A DNA stretch of 64,000 nt, taken from Thermodesulfobacteriota bacterium (GTDB lineage Bacteria; Desulfobacterota; GWC2-55-46). The stretch lies in the NCBI GenBank assembly GCA_030583865.1, contig CP129479.1, positions 196,744-260,743 on the forward strand, in the 5' to 3' direction. The position numbers and the translations under genes are program-made. How positions within the stretch are numbered: the stretch's first letter is position 1; every line of letters begins with the position of its first letter. A model generated the notes under the pieces. That model saw nothing but the letters and a program-made list of their open reading frames with translations, was not told the DNA's origin and did no database searches. Positions 41,150-50,710 of this stretch are shown here, piece by piece.

Positions 41150-41359
41150 CCCGGAAGGTCCCGGGTTTAATCGTCGTGTTCCTGCGGGACGGATTTTCAC
41201 TGCGGCCGTCATTCATTGCGAGGAGCGAATCGACGAAGCAATCTCAGCGCGCCTGATTTCCGAAAGATGAGATTGCCGCGCCCGCTCGCAACGAAGAGCG
41301 CTTGAATCGGTCGGGGTTTCACAAACGACCCGTCCCCCAGGCAGGCCGTCATATTTAGC

Positions 41360-41387
41360 TTGACTTTGGATGAAATAGGACTAAAAT
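41360..41387 (+). promoter_or_regulatory. Sigma70-type promoter (TTGACT-16 nt-TAAAAT) followed by a palindrome overlapping the RBS
   Basis: Called from the sequence by eye. TCCTCCTTAA / TTAAGGAGTA inverted repeat at 41388..41414 contains the Shine-Dalgarno sequence of rrf2. Confidence 0.45.
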
Positions 41388-41420
41388 CCTCCTTAATGTC
41401 TTTTTTTAAGGAGTAGCCAC

Positions 41421-41873
41421 ATGCTTCAGCTCACCAGGAACGGCGAATACGCGGTCAGGGCCGTCCTTTACCTCGCATCCCAGCCGCCGGGCAAGCCCGC
41501 GCTCATAACCGAGATATCCGAATCGCAGGAGGTGCCGAAGAGCTATCTCTCCAAGATAATGCAGCACCTTGTGCGCGCGGGGCTCGTGCGGTCCCGCCGG
41601 GGCATAAACGGCGGCTTCACTCTCGCAAGGCCCGCGGAGAGCATAACCCTCAAGGAGACGATCGAGGCGGTCGAGGGGCCCATACACCTGAACATATGCC
41701 TTATAAAAAAAGGCGAGTGCCACAGGGACGACTTCTGCCCGGTCCACCCGGTATGGCAGGAGGCGCAGAGGAGGCTTTCCGAGGTGCTGGACGGAAAGTC
41801 GATGGCCGACCTCGCAAGGGACGGCGAGGCCATAAAGAACCGGCTGAAAAAAACCAGAAGAAAACAGAAGTGA
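41421..41873 (+). CDS. Rrf2-family transcriptional regulator (three Cys; probable Fe-S sensor)
   Basis: Rrf2 HTH and conserved Cys cluster. Confidence 0.85.
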   Translation: MLQLTRNGEYAVRAVLYLASQPPGKPALITEISESQEVPKSYLSKIMQHLVRAGLVRSRRGINGGFTLARPAESITLKETIEAVEGPIHLNICLIKKGECHRDDFCPVHPVWQEAQRRLSEVLDGKSMADLARDGEAIKNRLKKTRRKQK

Positions 41874-41988
41874 CGCGGTAATCCGGCCGCCTTCCCAGGG
41901 CCACGGCCCGGTGCGCGGCTTGAGCGAGGGCGTTCGTTATCTGCTAAAATGTATCTGTACTATTCCTGCATTTTCCAACGGAGACCGG

Positions 41989-43191
41989 ATGAAAAAGGGA
42001 TTTAAGTACGTTATCATCGGAGGCGGCCTTGCGGGGGCCTCGGCGATTAAAGGCATAAGGGGGCGCGATAAGGAGGGCGGGGTCCTCCTCATCGGCGCCG
42101 AGAGCGAGAGGCCCTATGACAGGCCCCCGCTCACCAAAAAGCTCTGGTTCGGCAAAAAGAAGGTAGATGAGATATTCCTTGACGAGCCCGGCTATTACGG
42201 CGAGAACGGGGTGGAGCTGAGGCTCGGGAAAAAGGCAGTGAAGCTCGACCCGGCCGGGAAGACCGTAACCGACGAGACAGGGGCCGAGTTCTCCTATGAA
42301 AAGCTCCTGATAGCGACGGGAGGGGTCCCGAGGAAGCTCGACCTGCCCGGAGCGGATATCGACGATATCATATATTACAGGAACCTCGGCGACTACACCC
42401 GGTTGAGGGAGAGGGCGGGGAATGGCGCCTCCGCTATCGTCGTCGGCGGCGGTTTCATCGGCTCCGAGATAGCCGCCTCGCTCAACATGAACGGGGTGGA
42501 CGTAACGATGGTCTTCCCTTCGCCCTATCTCTGCCACAAGGTCTTTCCGGAGGGGCTTGGAAGGGCCGTCCAGGCGGAATTCGGGAAGAGGGGGATAAAG
42601 GTGTTCGCGAGCGAATCCCCGGCCTCCTTTGCCGGGGCGGGCGGCAAGCTGGTCGCAAGGACGACCGGCGAGATGGTCTTCCAGGCCGATGTAGTCATAG
42701 TGGGCGCGGGGATACTGCCTGCTGCGGACCTTGCCAGGGGCGCGGGGCTTAAGGTCGAGGACGGCATAACAGTGGACGAATTCATGAGGACCTCCGTGCC
42801 CGACGTATATGCGGCAGGGGACGTGGCCAACTTCCCCTATAAGGAGCTCGGGAAAAGGATGAGGGTGGAGCACTGGGACAACGCCCTCTCCCAGGGAACA
42901 CTCGCCGGCGCCAACATGGCAGGGGGAGCCGAGCCGTACTATCATATGCCGTACTTCTTCTCAGACCTTTTCGATTTCGGGTACGAGGCGGTGGGCGAGG
43001 TGAACTCGTCTCTTGAGACCTTTGCCGACTGGCAGGAAGAGAACATGAAAGGGGTCGTATACTACCTGCGGGAAGGGCGAGTGAGGGGAGTAATGCTCTG
43101 CAATATCTGGGACAAGGTGGACGAGGCGAGGGATCTCATAAAGAAAGGTGAGCGCTTTACGCATTCGGACCTGAAGGGAAAAATAAAATAA
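41989..43191 (+). CDS. FAD/NAD(P)-dependent pyridine nucleotide-disulfide oxidoreductase
   Basis: Two Rossmann motifs (GGGLAG, GGGFIG). RBS GGAG upstream. Confidence 0.75.
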   Translation: MKKGFKYVIIGGGLAGASAIKGIRGRDKEGGVLLIGAESERPYDRPPLTKKLWFGKKKVDEIFLDEPGYYGENGVELRLGKKAVKLDPAGKTVTDETGAEFSYEKLLIATGGVPRKLDLPGADIDDIIYYRNLGDYTRLRERAGNGASAIVVGGGFIGSEIAASLNMNGVDVTMVFPSPYLCHKVFPEGLGRAVQAEFGKRGIKVFASESPASFAGAGGKLVARTTGEMVFQADVVIVGAGILPAADLARGAGLKVEDGITVDEFMRTSVPDVYAAGDVANFPYKELGKRMRVEHWDNALSQGTLAGANMAGGAEPYYHMPYFFSDLFDFGYEAVGEVNSSLETFADWQEENMKGVVYYLREGRVRGVMLCNIWDKVDEARDLIKKGERFTHSDLKGKIK

Positions 43192-43234
43192 GAAGGACTT
43201 CGTCGGCATCCTGAGGCAACAGGGAGGATAAGCC

Positions 43235-43561
43235 ATGAAGCTTTCAGAAGAGAACTGCCGTCCGATTGAAAGGGGGGAGAGGCCCCTTTCCGGGAACGAA
43301 GTACAGGAGCTTTCGAGGGAGGTGCCGGGCTGGGCGCAAAGGAACTCGGCTATAGAGAGGGAGTTCAGGTTCAAGGACTTCAGCGAGGCCATGGAGTTCG
43401 TAAACGGGGTCGCGGGGCTCGCGGCCTCCGAGGACCACCACCCGGACATCTCGATAATGTACAACAAGGTAGGCCTCCGGCTCGAAACGCACAAGATAGG
43501 GGGCCTCTCCAGGAACGATTTCATACTGGCGGCCAAGATAGACGAGATGAAGGCGCATTGA
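43235..43561 (+). CDS. Pterin-4a-carbinolamine dehydratase
   Basis: 108 aa with EREF...DHHPD motifs. Confidence 0.8.
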   Translation: MKLSEENCRPIERGERPLSGNEVQELSREVPGWAQRNSAIEREFRFKDFSEAMEFVNGVAGLAASEDHHPDISIMYNKVGLRLETHKIGGLSRNDFILAAKIDEMKAH

Positions 43562-43621
43562 GCATCTACCGAGCGGGTCATATGCAGGTCGCACCTACTA
43601 ACTAATCGGAGCGGAAACCGG

Positions 43622-44374
43622 ATGTCCTGGGATTTGAGGGGAAGGAACGCGCTCGTAACCGGCGGGGCGAAGCGCATAGGCAAGGCGATAGCCACAGCCC
43701 TTGCCAAAGAGGGCGCAAACGTATGCATCCACTACAGCAGCTCCGAGTCCGAGGCAAAGGGGGTTAAGGCCGCCCTTGAGGCCCTGGGAGTAAAGTCCTG
43801 GCTCTTGCACGCCGACTTCGATAAAAACGGGTATGAGGGCCTCGTCGAAAGGGCCGCCGAAGAGACGGGCGGCATCGATATCCTCGTAAATAACGCCTCC
43901 ATCTTTCCGCAATCCACCCTTGGGGGCATGACCCTTGAAGGGCTCTTGTCAAATATACGCGTAAACGCCTGGGCGCCCTTTGTGCTCATACGCGACCTCG
44001 CGAGGATTTCGGAAAACGCAAGGGTGGTGAACCTCCTCGATTCGAGGCTTTCGGGCTACGACTGGACCCACGCGGAGTACATACTCAGCAAGCACCTCCT
44101 TTCAGTGATTACGAAGATGGCGGCCGTCGAGTACGCGCCAGGGCTCGCCATAAACGCGGTTTCGCCTGGCCTTATACTCCCGCCGCCCGGAAAGGGCATG
44201 GAATACATCGAAAAGCTCAAAAAGACCGTGCCGCTCAAAAAGCGCGGGAGCCCCGAGGAGATAGCGGCGGCGGCAATCTACCTGCTTAAATCCGAGTTCC
44301 TGGCCGGAGAGGTCATATACGTGGACGGAGGGAGGCACCTTATTGAATACGACAGGGGACCGCATCCGGATTGA
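43622..44374 (+). CDS. SDR oxidoreductase, pteridine reductase/FolM-like
   Basis: TGGAKRIG Rossmann motif. Context is the pterin gene cluster. Confidence 0.7.
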   Translation: MSWDLRGRNALVTGGAKRIGKAIATALAKEGANVCIHYSSSESEAKGVKAALEALGVKSWLLHADFDKNGYEGLVERAAEETGGIDILVNNASIFPQSTLGGMTLEGLLSNIRVNAWAPFVLIRDLARISENARVVNLLDSRLSGYDWTHAEYILSKHLLSVITKMAAVEYAPGLAINAVSPGLILPPPGKGMEYIEKLKKTVPLKKRGSPEEIAAAAIYLLKSEFLAGEVIYVDGGRHLIEYDRGPHPD

Positions 44375-44705
44375 AGGGCTTTCGGCCCGCTGCATTATCG
44401 GAATAAACCACGACGAGCGGAGGGAGAGGCAGGACGTCGTAATAGACATAGACCTTCACGCAGACCTCCGCGCCCCGGGGCGTTCCGACGACATCAATGA
44501 CGCCGTCAACTACAGGGACATCAAGAAAAAGGTGCTCGGGCTCGTCGAGTCCTCGAGCTTTCATCTCATCGAGGCGCTGGCAGAGGGCATAGCAAGGGTC
44601 TGCCTTGAGCACCCGTCCGTTCAAGGGGTAAGGGTGAGGGTGGATAAGCCCTCGGCCTTGAGGTTTGCCAAGACCGTGGGCGTTGAAATAAACAGGGGGC
44701 GTTAG
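44343..44705 (+). CDS. folB: Dihydroneopterin aldolase
   Basis: Motif GLSARCIIGINHDER. TTG start with RBS GGAGG 9 nt upstream. Overlaps the SDR gene 3' end. Confidence 0.75.
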   Translation: MNTTGDRIRIEGLSARCIIGINHDERRERQDVVIDIDLHADLRAPGRSDDINDAVNYRDIKKKVLGLVESSSFHLIEALAEGIARVCLEHPSVQGVRVRVDKPSALRFAKTVGVEINRGR

Positions 44706-45214
44706 TGCCTTCGGCCTTCGTGGGCATCGGCTCGAACATGGAGCCCGAGGAGAATTTGAAGAAGGCCTTGCGGCTCCTTTCAGGAGAGGGGCTTTTTGCC
44801 CTCTCGACCGTTTACCGGACCGAGCCGCTTAATAGGCCCGGGCAGCCCAGGTTCCTTAACTGTGTTGCCGGGCTCAAGACGGAAAGGCCGCCACTTGAGC
44901 TAAAGGCCGCGCTCAAGGATATCGAGGCCTCGCTCGGGCGGGTGCGCACGGGCGACAGGTACGCGCCGAGGCCAATAGACCTCGACCTCGTCTCATATTG
45001 CGATACAAGGCTTGAAGAAGGCGGCCTCGTCCTCCCGGACCCTGAGATAGAGACCCGCCCGTTTATCGCAATCCCGTTACTTGAAATCGCCCCTGACGCC
45101 CTGACCCCCTCAGGCACTCCGCTTGAAAAGATCGTAAATGGACTTCCCGGGATTCATATGGAGCCGCTCACAGAGCTTACGGAGCGGCTCAGAAGCGACC
45201 TTTCACTCCTTTAA
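44705..45214 (+). CDS. folK: 6-hydroxymethyl-7,8-dihydropterin pyrophosphokinase
   Basis: HPPK motifs (GIGSN, RPIDLDL). Confidence 0.85.
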   Translation: MPSAFVGIGSNMEPEENLKKALRLLSGEGLFALSTVYRTEPLNRPGQPRFLNCVAGLKTERPPLELKAALKDIEASLGRVRTGDRYAPRPIDLDLVSYCDTRLEEGGLVLPDPEIETRPFIAIPLLEIAPDALTPSGTPLEKIVNGLPGIHMEPLTELTERLRSDLSLL

Positions 45215-45317
45215 CCTGCGCGACACGCCATGCCCTTTCTTAACCAGAATCGCTCGGTATGTATCCTGTTGTAAACCCTTAAGGGTTCGATTTCTCAAGA
45301 ATTTTTTAATAAAAAGG

Positions 45318-45346
45318 TTGACATTCTACTTACAGTAGAATATTAT
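45318..45346 (+). promoter_or_regulatory. Consensus sigma70 promoter TTGACA-17 nt-TATTAT with embedded palindrome TTCTACT-N3-AGTAGAA
   Basis: Called from the sequence by eye. Lies 40 nt upstream of the YHS-protein ATG. The palindrome fills the spacer. Confidence 0.6.
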
Positions 45347-45387
45347 GGGGCCTGGACTTGATCCAAATTCCAGGGGAGGATTTAACA

Positions 45388-45771
45388 ATGCTATCCAGTA
45401 TCGGAAAACATTTGAAGATAAGCCTTTTCATAGTGCTGGGCATACTAATGCTCCATGCCTATTCGGAAGCCGAGGCCATGAAGGCGGGGATAAAGGAGGC
45501 CGAAGCCGGCAAGGTCTGCATGGTCAACGACACTGTGATGGGCAAGCCCCAGATACCGGTGGAGTTCGAGGGAAAGACCTATTACGGGTGCTGCGCCGGC
45601 TGCGTTGAGAGGCTTAAGTCTGACAGGACTGTGCGATATGCCGTTGACCCCGTCACTGGCAAAGAGGTAGACAAGGCAAAGGCGGTAATTCTCGAAGGGC
45701 CTGGGGGCGAGGCTATTTATTTCGAGTCAGCCGATTCGGCAATCCGGTACAGGATAAACGCCATGAAATAA
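45388..45771 (+). CDS. Secreted YHS/TRASH-type metal-binding domain protein
   Basis: Signal peptide followed by VCMV...EGKTYYGCCAGCVERL. RBS GGGGAGGA upstream. Confidence 0.65.
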   Translation: MLSSIGKHLKISLFIVLGILMLHAYSEAEAMKAGIKEAEAGKVCMVNDTVMGKPQIPVEFEGKTYYGCCAGCVERLKSDRTVRYAVDPVTGKEVDKAKAVILEGPGGEAIYFESADSAIRYRINAMK

Positions 45772-46020
45772 ATGCCGGAAGGGGCGTACCCGCACAATGG
45801 ACGGGACGTCTCCCGGAATGGACCCGTCCGCAGGGCAGCTCCGGGGTATCTTCAGGCGTCCCCTCCCATCAATTTAATCAGGCGGGAGGGGATAAGGAGA
45901 GGGTGGACTTATCTTAGGTTTCACCCCCTCCCATGCCTCCCCGTCAAGGGGAGGAGTTAAGGACAGCGCAGCAGGCTACGGGGAATTCGACCTGAAAATG
46001 ATTAAAGTGCCCCGTTTTCC

Positions 46021-46049
46021 TTGACAATGCGGGCTATTTCTGTTAACAT
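46021..46049 (+). promoter_or_regulatory. Sigma70-type promoter TTGACA-17 nt-TAACAT
   Basis: Called from the sequence by eye. Lies 320 nt upstream of htpX. Confidence 0.45.
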
Positions 46050-46198
46050 CCTACATCGTAAAGGGGAGTAGCTTGCAATGAACGCCGCCAGCACGGCCAT
46101 CAGGCCCGGCGCCATTGGTTAGCGGAGCTAACAGCGAGACCTTTACCGCGCTTGGGAGGGTTTTCAGCTTCCCGCGGTATAAGGTCTTTTTCTTTAAA

Positions 46199-46336
46199 GG
46201 CAGCTCTAAAAATTGATCTTTTCCCCGGACTCTGTGTCAGGCCGGTAATAAAAATGCTCACATATTGACATATATGCTCCGCTTTTTATTCCCGGCTTCC
46301 TCTATTGCGGGAAAAATCTCTAATTTTAGAGCTGCC
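46199..46336 (+). repeat. Repeat family B, copy 2
   Basis: GGCAGCTCTAAAAATTGATC...TTTTAGAGCTGCC ends with a palindromic core. Ends 34 nt before the htpX ATG. Confidence 0.9.
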
Positions 46337-46369
46337 ATAAACAAACAGTAAGGAACGGAGGCCAATAAA

Positions 46370-47212
46370 ATGAACGGGCTCAAGACAGGAGTTCTCATGC
46401 TGACGCTTACGCTCATGCTGGTCGCGGTCGGCGCGGTCATAGGCGGGCAGAGCGGCATGACCATCGCGCTCGTCCTTGCCTTCGGCATGAACTTTTTCAG
46501 CTACTGGTTCAGCCACAAGATAATACTCAAGATGTATGGCGCAAAACCGGTCTCGGAAGCGGAGGCGCCGGAGCTCTACTCGATGGTCGCGAGGCTTTCG
46601 AGCGCCGCCGGGCTCCCGATGCCCGGGGTCTACATAATGGACCAGCCCCAGCCCAACGCCTTCGCCACAGGGAGGAACCCGGCCCACGGCGTGGTAGCCG
46701 TGACGACCGGCCTCATGAAGCTCCTCTCGCGCGAGGAGCTTGAAGGGGTCATCGCGCACGAGCTCGCGCACATAAAGCACAGGGACATACTCGTAGGCAC
46801 CATAGCCGCCTCCTTTGCAGGCGCCATAAGCTATCTCGCGCAGATGGCCCAGTGGGCCATGATATTCGGCGGCAGGTCGAGCGACAGGGACGGCGGAAGC
46901 CCCATCGCGGCGATCGTCATGATGATAGTGGGGCCGATAGCGGCCATGCTCGTGCAGATGGCCATATCGAGGTCCAGGGAGTACAAGGCGGACGAAGGCG
47001 GGGCCACGATAGCCGGGAACCCCCTCTATCTCGCGAACGCCCTCAGGAAGCTCCACATGGCCTCGCAGAGGATACCGATGGAGGCTAGCCCTGCCACCTC
47101 GCACATGTTCATCGTGAACCCGCTCTCGGGCGGCGCTTTCTTCAAGCTCTTCAGCACGCACCCCCCCATAGAGGAGAGGGTAAAGAGGCTCGAGTCCATG
47201 CTGCTCGGCTGA
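46370..47212 (+). CDS. htpX: Protease HtpX (M48)
   Basis: HELAH motif and TM segments. Confidence 0.9.
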   Translation: MNGLKTGVLMLTLTLMLVAVGAVIGGQSGMTIALVLAFGMNFFSYWFSHKIILKMYGAKPVSEAEAPELYSMVARLSSAAGLPMPGVYIMDQPQPNAFATGRNPAHGVVAVTTGLMKLLSREELEGVIAHELAHIKHRDILVGTIAASFAGAISYLAQMAQWAMIFGGRSSDRDGGSPIAAIVMMIVGPIAAMLVQMAISRSREYKADEGGATIAGNPLYLANALRKLHMASQRIPMEASPATSHMFIVNPLSGGAFFKLFSTHPPIEERVKRLESMLLG

Positions 47213-47230
47213 ACTATCCGGCAGACACCA

Positions 47231-47267
47231 AAAGCCCCCGCCGCTCACCCGGCGGGGGCTTTTTTTC
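47231..47267 (+). terminator. Rho-independent terminator (AGCCCCCGCC-loop-GGCGGGGGCT-T7)
   Basis: 10-bp GC stem followed by T7, 19 nt after the htpX stop. Confidence 0.85.
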
Positions 47268-47441
47268 ATTTCAGATCGATTCCCCTGCCGTTTCGGCGGT
47301 GTAGTTCATTTCAGGCGGCCCAAGCGGGAGTTCTTTAAAATAAGCAACTTAAGGTCGAAATTCATTCAAGTCTTCACTCCATGCCTCCGAAGAGAAGGGT
47401 AAATGGCCGGCCAGGCCGGAAAGAACCAAAGGAGGAGAAGC

Positions 47442-47621
47442 ATGGAAACCAGGTGCATCCATCTCGCCGGGGCCGTATGCAAGGCCTCTCTGAGCAGCAT
47501 GGTCCCGAGCCTATTCGATTATGACGCGCTCTGCAAGTCCCATGTGCATTCGAGCTGCCCAGTGCTCAAGGCCTACAAGGAGCGCGGCGAGTTCGACGAA
47601 CTCTATAAGATCGCCGTTTAG
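47442..47621 (+). CDS. Small Cys4 protein (59 aa), paralog of ORF 50711..50896
   Basis: RBS GGAGGAG present. Shares CxASLxxMVPSxxxxxxAxCxxxxxxxCPxL with the second copy. Confidence 0.55.
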   Translation: METRCIHLAGAVCKASLSSMVPSLFDYDALCKSHVHSSCPVLKAYKERGEFDELYKIAV

Positions 47622-47750
47622 GCCTCAGTCCGTTACCTGAATTCTTGCACCGTCCGGAGCCTTCGGATGAAGCGGTTTTTTGACATTCCGCTTCCCAAGG
47701 GCGCCTTTAGCCTTGCCCGCCCCCGCCCCTTCAAGTTAAAATATCCAGAT

Positions 47751-49097
47751 ATGCGAAAGACAGCGGAAAAGGTCTGCCTCGTAAGCCTCGGCTGCCCCAA
47801 GAACCTCGTCGATTCCGAGGTGATGCTGGGCATCCTCAGGGAGGCAGGGGCCGAGCTTACGACTGACGAAGCGCTTGCCGACGTCATCGTGGTCAATACC
47901 TGCGGCTTTATCGGGGACGCGAAAGAGGAATCCATAGACGCCATCCTGGCCCTTGCCGAGAGGAAGAAGACCGGCAGGTGCAGGAGGCTTATAGTCGCGG
48001 GGTGCCTAACCCAGCGCTACAAGGAAGAGCTCGCGGATAGCCTGCCCGAGGTCGACTGCTTCATAGGTACGGGCGAGTACCACAGGATAGCGGAAGCGAT
48101 ACGTGAGGATTTCAGGGAGAGGGTGCTCGTCGGACTGCCTACCTATATACACGACTACACGACCCCGCGTATCGTCTCGACCCCGGGACGTTACGCATAC
48201 GTGAAGGTAGCCGAAGGGTGCTCGAACCACTGCAGCTACTGCAGCATCCCTTCCATAAGGGGCGGGTTCAGGAGCAGAAGCGTCGATTCCGTTGTGAGGG
48301 AGGCGGCCTCCCTTGCCGAGCAGGGCATAAGGGAAGTTAACCTCATCGCGCAGGACACTACCTCTTTCGGCAAGGACAGGGGCGCGGGTCTCGAAGAGCT
48401 GCTTAAAAACCTCGTCCCCATTAAGGGGATAGAATGGATAAGGCTACTCTATCTCTATCCGGGGAGGGTATCCGACGGACTCATATCCATAATGGAGGCA
48501 GAGGAGAAGGTGTTGAGCTACATAGACCTTCCGCTCCAGCACATAAGCCCGCCGGTCTTGAAGGCCATGAACAGGCAGTACACGAGGGCCGAGGTGGAGG
48601 GGCTTATAGAAAAACTCCGCTCAAGGCTGCCTGGCCTGACCTTGAGGACATCCATCATAACCGGCTTCCCCGGCGAGACGGACAGGGACTTCGAGGAGCT
48701 TCTTGATTTCATCGATGCCGTCCAATTCGACAGGCTCGGCGTATTCATGTACTCGCGGGAGGAAGGCACCCCGGCCTACGATTTCAAAAGGCAGGTCCCG
48801 GCCAAAGTAAAGGCAGGGAGGATGGACGCGCTCATGAGCGCGCAGAGGGAGATTTCGCTCCGGAAAAACAGGGAGCTTATCGGCAAGGGGATAAGGGTGC
48901 TCGTTGAGGAAGGCCCGCGAGAGGGATATTCGCTCAAGGGCAGGGCCTCTTCCCAGGCGCCGGACGTGGACGGAGCCGTATACATGACGGCCACCCATGC
49001 CGCGCCCGGAGATATAATATCCGCGGTCGTGACCGGCGCAGACGACTACGACATCCACGCCGAGGCCACGGGGGCTACTTCCGCAGCTCCTTCCTGA
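47751..49097 (+). CDS. rimO: Ribosomal protein S12 methylthiotransferase (MTTase + radical SAM + TRAM)
   Basis: MTTase domain (LGCPKN), radical SAM CSNHCSYCS motif, and a TRAM tail. Confidence 0.85.
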   Translation: MRKTAEKVCLVSLGCPKNLVDSEVMLGILREAGAELTTDEALADVIVVNTCGFIGDAKEESIDAILALAERKKTGRCRRLIVAGCLTQRYKEELADSLPEVDCFIGTGEYHRIAEAIREDFRERVLVGLPTYIHDYTTPRIVSTPGRYAYVKVAEGCSNHCSYCSIPSIRGGFRSRSVDSVVREAASLAEQGIREVNLIAQDTTSFGKDRGAGLEELLKNLVPIKGIEWIRLLYLYPGRVSDGLISIMEAEEKVLSYIDLPLQHISPPVLKAMNRQYTRAEVEGLIEKLRSRLPGLTLRTSIITGFPGETDRDFEELLDFIDAVQFDRLGVFMYSREEGTPAYDFKRQVPAKVKAGRMDALMSAQREISLRKNRELIGKGIRVLVEEGPREGYSLKGRASSQAPDVDGAVYMTATHAAPGDIISAVVTGADDYDIHAEATGATSAAPS

Positions 49098-49386
49098 GCC
49101 TCTTCTCAAGAGACTCGACCTTCGCGGATATCCGCCCCTTCTTCCCCTTCCTGTAGTCGACCTTTATGGAGACCGAGACGCGGCCGCAGTCCTTCCTCAT
49201 ACGCTCGAAGCACTTCCTCACCACCCCGAAGACCTCGTCCCAGTCGCCCTCGACCACCGTGCCCATGGGGTTCAGCCTGTACGGGAGCCCGCTCCTGTCG
49301 ATGATCTCTAGCGACCTTGCGACATATTTGCTTACGCTCTCTCCCCTGCCGATGGGGGTCATGCTGAATTCCAGAAGGACCGACAT
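49075..49386 (-). CDS. MTH1187/YkoF-family thiamine-binding protein
   Basis: 103 aa with DUF77-like pattern. Confidence 0.65.
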   Translation of the reverse strand: MSVLLEFSMTPIGRGESVSKYVARSLEIIDRSGLPYRLNPMGTVVEGDWDEVFGVVRKCFERMRKDCGRVSVSIKVDYRKGKKGRISAKVESLEKRLRKELRK

Positions 49387-49488
49387 GCGCTACCTCCTCC
49401 ATACCGTTTTCAAGCCCCGCAGGACTTTGCGCAATTTTCCCAAACGCACTTGAAATTTGCAAGTCTTACGGATATGCTCTTATTTATT

Positions 49489-49629
49489 GGCAACCTCTAA
49501 AAATTGACCTGTACCCCGGACCCTGCGTCTGGCCGGGAATAAAAATGCTCACTATTACTCATATATGCTCCGCTTTTTATTCCCGGCCCTCCTTGATTGC
49601 GGGAAAAATCTCCAATTTTGGAGGTTGCC
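49489..49629 (+). repeat. Repeat family B, copy 3
   Basis: TGGCAACCTCTAAAAATTGAC...CCAATTTTGGAGGTTGCC. Ends 28 nt before the cytochrome c ATG. Confidence 0.9.
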
Positions 49630-49657
49630 TGTTGTATTTAAACCAAAAGGAGGCCTT

Positions 49658-49990
49658 ATGAACAGGATAATTTACTGTGCGGTTTTAACCCTGGCCCTGG
49701 CCGTTCCGGGAGCGGCCCTGGCGGCTGATGCGGGGGCGCTTTTCAAGTCCAGGTGCCAGCCGTGCCACGGCCCCGAGGCAAAAGGCACCGCAATCGCGCC
49801 GGGCCTGGCGAATAGCCAGTTCGTGCGTGACGCCTCCAGGGAGGAAATCGCCCAGACCATAACCAAGGGCCGCCAGGGAGCTGACAGGAAATACCCGCAG
49901 CAGTTCCCGGCAGGGATGCCCCCGCAGAAGCTTTCAGACGACGAGGTGAACCAGCTTGTAGACTATCTTAAGGGATTGCAAGGCAAATAA
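49658..49990 (+). CDS. Mono-haem c-type cytochrome
   Basis: Signal peptide and CQPCH haem motif. RBS AGGAGG upstream. Confidence 0.85.
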   Translation: MNRIIYCAVLTLALAVPGAALAADAGALFKSRCQPCHGPEAKGTAIAPGLANSQFVRDASREEIAQTITKGRQGADRKYPQQFPAGMPPQKLSDDEVNQLVDYLKGLQGK

Positions 49991-50057
49991 GGGCAACACC
50001 TGAAAAACATCTCTGATTTTTAGGTGTTCCGTAAGAAAAATTTTCGACTGGAAAGCG

Positions 50058-50095
50058 AAAAAGCCCGGCGGCAAAACCGCCGGGCTTTTTTTTCA
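50058..50095 (+). terminator. Rho-independent terminator (AGCCCGGCGG-loop-CCGCCGGGCT-T8)
   Basis: GC stem followed by T8 after the cytochrome gene. Confidence 0.85.
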
Positions 50096-50263
50096 ATCGG
50101 GCCTGCGGCTTTCCGCACTGCCGGTCGGAAACCCATTTCCCGTACGGCCTCCCTCGCGACGAATCCCTTACTTTTCTTCCTGACTGCAAAACCTTAACGC
50201 GCCCGTAACCCCGTCTTTACCTGACTTCCCCATAATAAAAGAAAAAAGTAAAAAGGAGAGAGG

Positions 50264-50668
50264 ATGGAGGAAAGGATATTGATAATCGAGGACGAGCTGG
50301 ACCTGCTGGACCTCGTGGATTTCAATCTTACTCGAAAGGGCTATATCACACGCGGCGCTCTCGACGGAAGTGAGGGTTTAAGCCTCGCAATGTCGTTCGC
50401 GCCGGAGCTTGTGATACTCGATCTGATGCTCCCAGGCATCGACGGATGGCAGCTCTGCAGGCTCATAAAAAAGGAATTGGCCGGGGTCCGGGTGCTAATG
50501 CTCACGGCCAAGGGCCTGTCCGACGACATGGAAAAGGGCCTTGCGACGGGCGCCGACGATTATATGACCAAGCCCTTCAGCCTGGATGAGCTTTTTTCCA
50601 GTGTTGAACGCCTGCTTAAGGGAGGCGGCAGGAAACGGAACTATAACACCCCCGTCACAATCCCTTGA
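50264..50668 (+). CDS. Single-domain response-regulator receiver (PhoB-paralogous, no DNA-binding domain)
   Basis: Receiver-domain residues conserved. About 45% identical to the receiver of PhoB at 53576. Ends right after the receiver. Confidence 0.8.
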   Translation: MEERILIIEDELDLLDLVDFNLTRKGYITRGALDGSEGLSLAMSFAPELVILDLMLPGIDGWQLCRLIKKELAGVRVLMLTAKGLSDDMEKGLATGADDYMTKPFSLDELFSSVERLLKGGGRKRNYNTPVTIP

Positions 50669-50710
50669 CATTGGCCGCCTATACTCTTTTTAAAAACAAG
50701 GAGAAAAGAG

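Noticed and set aside
45255-45300. GGGTTCGATT T-loop-like motif suggesting a tRNA
   Set aside because: It has no GC-rich acceptor stem or anticodon-arm complementarity, and the region is better explained as the promoter region of the YHS gene.
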